A stretch of 62,468 bases of DNA, filler included, from Chrysochromulina tobinii (lineage: Eukaryota): the NCBI GenBank assembly GCA_001275005.1. It is 3 parts of 3 records of this genome, joined end to end, with 100 filler letters (N's around TTAATTAATTAA, not from the genome) between each part and the next. Parts side by side here need not be neighbours in the genome. Positions count along the whole stretch, not along the records: positions 31,275 to 62,468 come from JWZX01001332.1; 2 more parts are not named here. One strand, given 5' to 3'. Position 1 is the first letter of the stretch. Each line of letters begins with the position of its first letter. Positions 54,638 to 62,468 of this stretch are shown here, piece by piece. Made by a program: the position numbers and the translations under genes. The notes under the pieces are model-generated. The model was not told the DNA's origin, ran no database searches, and saw only the letters and a program-made list of their open reading frames with translations.

Positions 54638-55510
54638 ATGCAACTCACTCATCTCGCGTCGCCGCACAGGGCTGTGATGACCTCCCAAAGGGTGGTTGCT
54701 ATGTCAAATTTAGATGGCGGGCGGCGTCAGATGCTCCATGTGCTCAGCTTGATGGCACTGTCGCAAGCGTCGCTGCGCCCTGCGGTAGCATTGGATGGAG
54801 TGGCATTGGATGGAGTGGCACCGGGATACAATCCGGGCCAGTTGCCCAGTGAGCTCGGTGACGTTGCTTTGGGTGGACTCAAACCGGGCACTGGCAGACC
54901 GCTCAATGCACTCATCAAGATGCGGGCGGAGACGGGCATCGAGCGGGTGTCGCCGGGGCAGAGCCCACTCTTCAAGGCGGGACAGATTTTCGATGAGCTG
55001 AAGACTGCCCAAGGTGGGATAGCCTCGGTGGTTTTTGCCTACCCAGAAGAGTGGACACTCGCTGGTGGTCCCAATCTCGACGTGCGAAATGTCAAGGAGA
55101 GCGACTCCGCCTTCGTCCTCGCTGCACCGCTCCCGCTCGGAAAGACGATTGAGATTCTCGACGAAGAGTTCTTCCTGAACGTCATCTTCGATCCGCAGGG
55201 CAAGTACGGGCAGTATGGCGCTGTGGACGACCGCAAGGTGGTGAGCTTCGAGCACGTCTCAGTCACACTGCCCACCGGCGGCCAGCAAGCCTATGCAAGG
55301 ATCGATCTCAAATTTGCCCCGCTCTCGTACAATCAGAATACCGTGCAGCGACGGGCCCTGATCTCGGCGACGGCAGTTGGTGGCACAGTCTTCATCTGCG
55401 TGGCTGGCTCGCTCGCGAATCGCTACAAGACGTTGCAGCCCGAGCTGGCATCCATCCAGCAGTCCTTTCGCGCCCTCGGAAATGCAGCACGTGCCTCTAG
55501 TCCTTCTTGA
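54638..55510 (+). CDS. PsbP-domain thylakoid lumen protein
   Basis: Twin-arginine lumen signal RRQMLHVLSLMALSQASLRPAVA; FAYPEEW, RRALISATAVGG and LASIQQSFR resemble the PsbP fold; start uncertain. Confidence 0.65.
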   Translation: MQLTHLASPHRAVMTSQRVVAMSNLDGGRRQMLHVLSLMALSQASLRPAVALDGVALDGVAPGYNPGQLPSELGDVALGGLKPGTGRPLNALIKMRAETGIERVSPGQSPLFKAGQIFDELKTAQGGIASVVFAYPEEWTLAGGPNLDVRNVKESDSAFVLAAPLPLGKTIEILDEEFFLNVIFDPQGKYGQYGAVDDRKVVSFEHVSVTLPTGGQQAYARIDLKFAPLSYNQNTVQRRALISATAVGGTVFICVAGSLANRYKTLQPELASIQQSFRALGNAARASSPS

Positions 55511-55649
55511 GTGACGCATTATTTGAGCAATTGCATACTAGACTTTAAGTAGTAAAGCACACCGTAGTACACGCGAACGGCAGCGCATAGTTAGCGCATA
55601 GTCACGTGGAGGCATGTCACCGCGGAGGCATGTCACGAGGAGGTATACT

Positions 55650-55973
55650 AGTCTATACAAGCTGCAGCTTTACCAAAGCTATTACGCAATTACGGCAAGC
55701 TATAATCGAGTCGAAACGACTTCGACTACAGTGTCGATAAACAAGCGCACCCGAATACTCCCGAAGTCCCGATAGCCTGCCCGGTCGGGTTGGAAAGAGT
55801 GGGCGGAGAGGATGAGATGTGTATGCCCAGACCGCAACTTGTACTACTCTCCATCCGAGTCCGACGCAACCACGATCCTCCATCGACCATGTTCGTCCAT
55901 GTGGCGGACGATGAAATCCATCGACAACAGACAACCTAAAGGAAGCCTGTCGAATGACTTGACTTGACTTGAC
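55650..55973 (+). mobile_element. Putative dispersed non-coding element ending in a (GACTT)n tail
   Basis: Starts AGTCTATAC and ends ACAACAGACAACC..GGAAGCCTGTCGAATGACTTGACTTGACTTGAC; the same two ends occur close together at 59649-59718. Confidence 0.5.
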
Positions 55974-56145
55974 GACACGATCCGCCCCTCAAAGACCGCT
56001 GTGAAGGTGCTTTCGTGAGTGTGAACTTAGTGTCGCGAGCATGAGAATGAAGCGGCTGTGACGTGTGCGAGGTGTTCGACCTTCACGCTTGTTTGAGTTT
56101 GGTCTGTGCGTGTTGGTGTGTTGTGAATGAACTTAGTGACTCAGA

Positions 56146-57183
56146 ATGGACGCGCTCCGTGCAATGTTCCCTGGTTTCGACCAGGGCTCGCTACAGGCCG
56201 TGCTCGACGTGTGTGGCGCAGATGTAGCCGCAGCCGCCGACTTCCTCCTCGGAGACGGTGGCCAGGCGCTGGCCGCTGCCGCCGCTGCCGTGGCAGCGGG
56301 TGGCGGCGGCGAGGTGGAAGAAGAGGAGGTTGAAGCTGAGGTGGAGGGCGAGGAGGAGGGGGAAGAAGAGGACGAGGACAACGAGGACGACGAGGACGAG
56401 GAGGAAGGCCATGTGGAGATCGAGGAGGACGATGATGCTGACGAGAGCCCCGCGGAGGTGCAATCCTCGGCCAAACGGCTGCGCACGGTCGAGCCCACAG
56501 ACCCTGCGAAGCTCATTGCAGCCGGCAAGTCTAACTTCGCGAGATTCGACGCGCGGCTCATGCGGAAGACACCCCTCGACCTGATCAACCTGATGCCCTC
56601 AAAGCTCTCTCACACATCGGTCACGCTCTGGAGCGACGATGTGACCGACAGCGCGGCGGCGCTGGGCATGGTCTCCTCGGCCGAGAGCGGCTGGTGGGTG
56701 CATCATTTCCCCACGGCGGAAGTGGACCATGTGTGGCGCGTGCTGGTGAACTCGCACATGCAGAGCAAGGCGCTCGGCCAGGTGGTTCACGTGCAGGTGG
56801 CGCACTCATTCGCACACCAGAGCGAAGCGGTCGAGGTGGAGGTGCGCGTGCTCGTGAGCACGCGACAGCAAGCAGAGCCAACGGCGGCGCTGAGGAAGGC
56901 GGGCGCCGCCCTCCTGTCCATCGCACCCTCGTCGCACAGCCGGCCACACATCTTCTTTGTGCGTGGCGCGCTCGGGCTTCTCGAGACGCGCGCAGAGCTC
57001 GAGGGGCGCTCCGAGTACAAGCTCTCTCGCGAGAGGCCGAGCCCCAAGGAGCGGGAATCGAGCGCGGCAGCCTCCAAGCTGCCGGGTCGACCCTTTCAGC
57101 TCATCGAACCCGACCGCGCCCATCACCAGTTGTACAAGGCCGACAAGGCAAGTGGGCAAGGGTGGACCAAGGTCGACGGCTAG
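56146..57183 (+). CDS. CUE/UBA-like domain, acidic tract and Bles03/DUF1917 (eIF4E-like fold) candidate domain
   Basis: LRAMFPGFDQGSLQAVLDVCGADVAAAADFLL (CUE-type MFP..LL); SGWWVHHFPTAEVDHVWRVL resembles the DUF1917 GKW..VD..W motif. Confidence 0.6.
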   Translation: MDALRAMFPGFDQGSLQAVLDVCGADVAAAADFLLGDGGQALAAAAAAVAAGGGGEVEEEEVEAEVEGEEEGEEEDEDNEDDEDEEEGHVEIEEDDDADESPAEVQSSAKRLRTVEPTDPAKLIAAGKSNFARFDARLMRKTPLDLINLMPSKLSHTSVTLWSDDVTDSAAALGMVSSAESGWWVHHFPTAEVDHVWRVLVNSHMQSKALGQVVHVQVAHSFAHQSEAVEVEVRVLVSTRQQAEPTAALRKAGAALLSIAPSSHSRPHIFFVRGALGLLETRAELEGRSEYKLSRERPSPKERESSAAASKLPGRPFQLIEPDRAHHQLYKADKASGQGWTKVDG

Positions 57184-57374
57184 CTCCCCGCAGGTCTCAC
57201 AGCTCGGTCCTCTGCAGCTGTGCAGCTGTCATCTACAGTACTGGAGTATAAGAGTGTAGGAGAGACGGAGAGGAGAGTAAGATGCGAAAATGAATGTGGA
57301 ATTGATAAGGCGTATTGCGTCTTTTCGTCGTCGGTTTTTTTTGCCTTTTTTGGACTGCGAATACAACTTCTGTG

Positions 57375-59514
57375 ATGAGACGGGTCGGGGCGGCGGAAAC
57401 AGCTCGTCTGTCGATGACTGAGAAACTGCGCCCGGACAGCGCACCGCAGCGGCGGGCCCAAGAGGCCTCGGACATCGGCGCCGGGCGGCCTGGCTCCGCG
57501 CCGAATACAACCCACCGCAGCTTGAGGTCTAGGTGGCAAAGGGCCCGGTTGATCTTGCGGCTCTCAAACAGCGCGGTGCTTCGATTGAGAGCTGAACATG
57601 GGTGCATCGCGCATGAACAGTACTTGGAAAAGCTCCGTCGTGGTGTCAAGGCGGTCCAATTGGGTGATGAACTGGGCTTCCGGCGCAGCTTAGCAGCCGA
57701 GACAAGGCGGCAAACAGACGTGCTGTCAAAGGGCACGACCATCTTGGAGGTGGCCTCGGCCAACGAGTTGGCGAGTACGCCAATGTGGCTGCAGGGGGAC
57801 GTCAGTTGGTCGACTGAAGAGAATACACGCAAGCGTCAGCAACTCCGACAGGATGGCCCTGTTCGCGAATTACTTCAGAAGTTTTGGGAAGCGGCCCAGC
57901 GCAGCTTACAGCAAGCTTCTGGTTGCGATCACTCCGACAGCCTGCACTACGAGGGCTACGCACAACTCTTCCGACGTGTGTACCGACTCGTGATCGAGGA
58001 GTACGACGATGCAGACGTCGAAGCGAGTATCTCCGAGGACTGGCTCGACGACACACGCGGTCTGAGCTCGCTTCATCGAGAGTCGTTCTGCGACGCTGTA
58101 TTCCAGGTTGCAGACATGTGCGAGACCGCTTCGCGATCGATTCCCTCATGCCTTGCGCTGACGGCGACCGCGTATCGCATCGCTGCGCGCACTACTTGGC
58201 AGGTGGACAGACGGAATCTCCTCGATGGAGTACTGCGAGTTCCTGTCACGCCTCTTTGACAAGGTCACTATTGTAGTCGAGGAGCGCGGAACTGATGGCG
58301 CGATGCACACAGTCCACTACATATGGAAAGACCTCAAGCAGGTGAGTTTTGACGGGTCTTTCAGCGCCTCCTCCAATGGTAGGTCGCAGACAAGTGCTGA
58401 CGAGGACCATGGCGACTCTGGATTGGCATCCGCTCGAAGGGAGGTCGCAACCTCTGGATGGCTATCGGCTGGAAGCGAGGCGTCGTCCTCTGAATTGGCA
58501 TCGGCTCGAAGCAAAGCGGGGTCAAACGGGCCCCAGCGATACCTGAAAACCAAGCTCTCGAAGCAAGAGGCGAGGAGAGACTCAGCGGTGCGGATTCAGG
58601 CAGCAATCCGCGGCAAGCAATCGCGCAACACCGCGAAGAAAAGAAAACGAGCCGCACGGACGATCACGAAGCATGCTGCTGCAATGGTATCCAAGAAGCT
58701 TGCGAGGGTATCTGACTTGTGCTCAACTCGCACAGAAAGTGGACCGTCTGGTCAGGCGAAGAATGGCAGAGGCAGTCCGTTGATCAAGCGGCAGTCCGTT
58801 GTTTGGACGGACCCTGTCCGTCTCCACAAACTCTGGTTCGAGCTGGAGCATCGCCAGACTGCTGAGCGTGAGTCGCGTGCATTCCTATGCCACACAGTGA
58901 TTTTCCGAGCACCACTGTGTTCAAGTGCAGCTCTTCTCAACACTTCCGGCGCCACTGTTCGCGATCGCGCGTACCCACTCGTTGAGCGCCGACCTTGGGG
59001 CACACGCTCTCACGCTTCTCATGCAGTCACACCCTGGAATCCGCCGCCCTACCAGCTAGCGTCAGCTCGTGTCACAGCGGCCACCAGGGTTTTCGTTCAT
59101 CAATATGGCCTATCACCTCGCGTGGGCTCTCACAGATGTGCGCCCGCGAGGCCAGCATCACACTCGACGCAGAGATGGGCCGATCGCGGGACGGGTGCTG
59201 CACCATCAGGAAATGAAGCACGTTTGCAGGGGGGGCATGGCGTGCGCACACAGCAGCCCGCTCAGCGACGTTCTCAGATTCACGAGTCGAACGGGCACGC
59301 TGTCGCCCAACCTGATCGCCCAGCGCCGAACGCGCAGTCACCCCGAAAACGTTGGATTGTGGCAGCACTTTCGAAAGCGGACTTTGAGACGCTTCATGCG
59401 ACGGCCGCGCGCCTTGATGACGTGCTTGGTTTGCAGGCGGATCGTGCATACGGCGAGGCTGTATGCCACCTGGGTGGCTTCAATCGCTCTCGTGAGGCGA
59501 GGGATGACGAGTAG
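57375..59514 (+). CDS. Hypothetical protein with a degenerate EF-hand-like region and IQ motif, one intron
   Basis: Intron 58118-58202 joins FQVADM to WTDGISSMEYCEFLSRLF; IQ motif AVRIQAAIRGKQSR. Confidence 0.65.
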
Positions 59515-59636
59515 ATCTGAGTGATGTTCGGTTTTGAAGACCCAAGAAACCACCCTCCGCGAACCGCGCACGGAAAGCGTTCCTCCACCTGTGCGCTGTG
59601 CGCTGCGCGTGAGATTCGATCTGAGCTGACCATTGC

Positions 59637-59718
59637 CAAGTCAAGTCAAGTCTATACATAAACAACAGACAACCATACGGAAGCCTATCGAATGTGACTT
59701 GACTTGACTTGACTTGAC
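59637..59718. repeat. Short element bounded by inverted (CAAGT)n/(GACTT)n arrays
   Basis: CAAGTCAAGTCAAGTC (59637-59652), a 43-nt core, then GACTT repeats (59696-59718); core shared with 55924-55955. Confidence 0.75.
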
Positions 59719-59916
59719 AAGTGATCTTTGTGAATTTCTCAGCTCTCCGTCTGCATGTGTCTCAGTTGAGGCCTGGCCTGTATTGTATTTTTTTGTCTTC
59801 ACGGCTGTGCTGCTTACGTGTTGTGTGTATTAACACTGAATTTCACGCCGGTTTATGATGACTCGCGGGATCACTCGCGTCACGCACACGGGCAGCGTCT
59901 GCGCGCGCGCTCGAGG

Positions 59917-61383
59917 ATGCTGCTAGCAAAATGCCTTTGTTACATGTGTGCAATTCCGGCTCGCAGTTTGTCCGTGTACATGCTCTCCCGACCTGGCGAG
60001 GTGGTTGGCATAGACCTGGGCACCACGAGCTCGGCAGTCGCCGTCGTGCTTGGCGGCGAGCCGGAGATGGTTCCAGATGAGGCCGGCCGCACGACAATGC
60101 CGTCGCTAGTCGACATTGAGCTTGGCCTGACCGGCCACATGGCCGTCGGTACATCGGCGGTCGGCTCGACGAAGCGGCTCATCGGACGGTCGTACGCAGA
60201 CGTCAAGGAGTCGGCGGCAGTGCGGGCACTCTTTGGCAAGGCGCTCGCGCCGGCTGAGGATGGCAGCGCCGTCGTGGGTGCGTGCTCGCCTGTGGCCGCG
60301 GCCAGCGCGCTGTTGGAACGCCTGTTGGACGTGTCCGAGGCGGCATGCGGCGTGCGCGCATCCAAGGCAGTGCTTACCGTGCCCGCGCACTTTACGGAGC
60401 CACAGCGCGCGGCGATGCGTCTGGCCGCCGAGCGGGCAGGGCTCGCTAAGTGCCGACTGCTCGAGGAGCCTGTCGCGGCCGCGCTCGCGTACGGCGTGCG
60501 CCTCAAGGACGAGGACGAGCTCGTGATGGTCTTCGACCTCGGCGGCGGCACGCTCGATGTGTCTCTGCTGCGGGTCGGGCGTGGCACCGCCGAGGTGCTC
60601 TCGAGCGCTGGCGAGCCTTGGCTGGGCGGAGATGATTTTGACCTCGCGATCGCGAAGCACATTTCGAGCGTGCACGTGCTCGTCGAGCAGGTGGGCGGCG
60701 GCCTCGCGCGTCGCGTGGATGAGCGCTCGCCTTTGGTGCGTCAGTTGGCGCGCCTCCTCAAGGAGCGCTGTACAGTCGTCAAGGTGGCCGAGGAGCCGCT
60801 GCCCATGGGGCTGAGTTTTGGGGAGACGGGGGCGAGCGAGGGAGGGCGCGAGGGAGGAGAGGCGGTGGCAACGCCCACGCACGTCTCGCTCAGCCGTGCG
60901 GCGCTCGAGGCGGCGTGCGCGGATCTTCTGGGTGCGATGCGCCGGCCCGTCATCGAAGCATGCACGCAGGCGCAGGTCGCTCTCCCAGGGGCGGCCCGCG
61001 GAGCGGCCTCGAGGGCGAGCACCACAAGCCTCGCGGGGAAGCTCGCGCGCGCGCCGTCGCTGCGCGGGCTGCGCATCAACACAGTGCTACGCGTGGGCGC
61101 AGCCAGCCGGATGCCTGCCGTCGGTCGGCTTCTCGAAGCTCTGGTCGGCGTGCCGTGCCCCATCGGCGAGCTGCCGCCGGAACATGCTGTGGCGCTCGGC
61201 GCGGCAGTGCAGGCGGGCGTGCTCGAGGGTTCGATCGAGCAGCTCGACGTCTTCAATCCGCTCGAGGCGGCGCTCATCCGTGGCATCGGCAGCGGCGCGG
61301 GGCAGCGCACGCAGCGTGAACGCACCGGTGTTCCCTCGGGCTCAAGAAAGAATGGACGGAAGCAGCGGAGGAGCTCGTTGTAA
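59917..61383 (+). CDS. Hsp70-like protein, nucleotide-binding domain only
   Basis: VGIDLGTT, TVPAHF, EEPVAAALAYG, VFDLGGGTLDVSLL, LGGDDFD, GAASRMP, PEHAVALGAAVQAG; stop shortly after the interdomain linker. Confidence 0.85.
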   Translation: MLLAKCLCYMCAIPARSLSVYMLSRPGEVVGIDLGTTSSAVAVVLGGEPEMVPDEAGRTTMPSLVDIELGLTGHMAVGTSAVGSTKRLIGRSYADVKESAAVRALFGKALAPAEDGSAVVGACSPVAAASALLERLLDVSEAACGVRASKAVLTVPAHFTEPQRAAMRLAAERAGLAKCRLLEEPVAAALAYGVRLKDEDELVMVFDLGGGTLDVSLLRVGRGTAEVLSSAGEPWLGGDDFDLAIAKHISSVHVLVEQVGGGLARRVDERSPLVRQLARLLKERCTVVKVAEEPLPMGLSFGETGASEGGREGGEAVATPTHVSLSRAALEAACADLLGAMRRPVIEACTQAQVALPGAARGAASRASTTSLAGKLARAPSLRGLRINTVLRVGAASRMPAVGRLLEALVGVPCPIGELPPEHAVALGAAVQAGVLEGSIEQLDVFNPLEAALIRGIGSGAGQRTQRERTGVPSGSRKNGRKQRRSSL

Positions 61384-61686
61384 ATGTGTTATTGTTTCGC
61401 AGTGAGCGGTGAGCGGTGACAAATCAGCAGACCGATGCGCCCCGGAGAGTGTGCTGAAAAGCCCCGCGCCGCGCCCGGGGGCGCGGCCGCGCCGACCGCG
61501 GGGCACGCGGGAACCTGGGCGTCGCCTCCGTCAGCCCGAGTCCCAGACGCCAGAGAAATCCCGACCCCAGCGCCCAGGTACCGGTAGCACTCTAAAACAT
61601 AAGAATGAAGTAGGGAGTTCGAGTTACCGGTCAAACCTGTGTGATCCGTGTGCCCGTGTTAGAAGTCACACACACACACATACACA

Positions 61687-61728
61687 TGTCCCCGTGTGTC
61701 CCGTGTGTGCCCCGCTCCCCCCGGTGTC
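61687..61728 (-). repeat. Dispersed GACACCGGGGGGAGC..GGGACACAC element
   Basis: Reverse complement GACACCGGGGGGAGCGGGGCACACACGGGACACACGGGGACA closely matches 3258-3300. Confidence 0.7.
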
Positions 61729-62468
61729 AAACCCCGTGTTCCGCCCTGAGACCTCTGATGCTTTGTTGGTTGTGTGTGTGAATGTGAATGTGTGTCTGTG
61801 TGACTTCTATCATACTTTGCCGTAGCCAGCGTGTCCCCAGACGCTCATCTTCGGCCGACCGAAGGCCACACACCGACCCAAGGCAACGCACGTGTGAGCG
61901 CGTCCACGTACTCCCCCACCCCTATCCAAGCTATTTGTACTTGAGCACCGGTTGTCGCGTCTGTCGTGTTAACGTTCACACTTTCTCTGAGCGGGCAGTC
62001 ACATGATGGCGATGCTACAACGCGACGCCGAACGAGCAGATTCTGGCGCTCCAGTGCCCATGCTCCCCCGAAGGGCCGCCACCGTCCCCGCTCCACGGGA
62101 AGCCACGATCAGCCCACCGGCTCTGCGGCGGTTGCGCTCCGAACCGGCGCATTCATCGCGGCGTATGCCCCCAGAGTCCATGGTGGCTCATCGCAGTACA
62201 ATCGTCTGCGAGCAAGTCCCGTGGCGAGTTGCTGAGGAGGCTCTTCGAGCAGCGCCCGACGACGCACAGCTGCATCTTCCCAGCCTCCTCCACTATCCGA
62301 GCTCGGCGCCCCTCATGCCCCTGGTGCTGTGCGAGCGCATCGACGACGTCTCCATCGACCGCCTGCACACGCTAGGGTTACTTCCGCACATGGCACGGCT
62401 CTGCGCGGTCGCCCGCCATCCGGTGGACCAAAAGAGCGCATTGTTCTTCGGGTGGCCGGAACTTGGCA

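Noticed and set aside
61845..62468. Short ORFs at the right edge
   Set aside because: No recognisable motif; may be the end of a gene outside the window but cannot be supported

Overview
GC-rich, intron-containing eukaryotic genomic DNA. It is most consistent with a haptophyte alga (inference from GC-AG introns, bipartite plastid presequences and TTAGGG-type repeats). Two artificial 100-nt scaffold gaps (N44-TTAATTAATTAA-N44) lie at 12462-12561 and 31175-31274. About 25 genes or pseudogenes are recognisable: EF-hand proteins, a tandem pair of AAAP amino-acid transporters, a CGFS glutaredoxin, an XEG113-like GT77, V-ATPase subunit A, centrin, an exostosin GT47, a single-ORF PanB-PanC fusion, a CAMK-group kinase, an HI0933 flavoprotein, YqgE/AlgH, a GH95 fucosidase, a PsbP-like protein and an NBD-only Hsp70. 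The most striking signal is a recurrent intron architecture seen about 15 times in three unrelated genes. A roughly 7-32 nt piece of host sequence, usually spanning an AG|G(T/C) site, is duplicated. The gap between the copies is filled with a stereotyped short-period repeat: CTGATG-type 10-12-mers, a TGCATGCAnnTGCTCACCACGGCGC cassette, or in one case telomeric (CCCTAA/CCCGAA)n. Several such introns are stacked back-to-back with no exon between them, and predicted splicing restores the reading frame in both intact genes. This looks like an active intron-generating process based on break repair and repeat synthesis, distinct from classical TIR-type introners. All family assignments come from motif recognition by eye, not from database searches.
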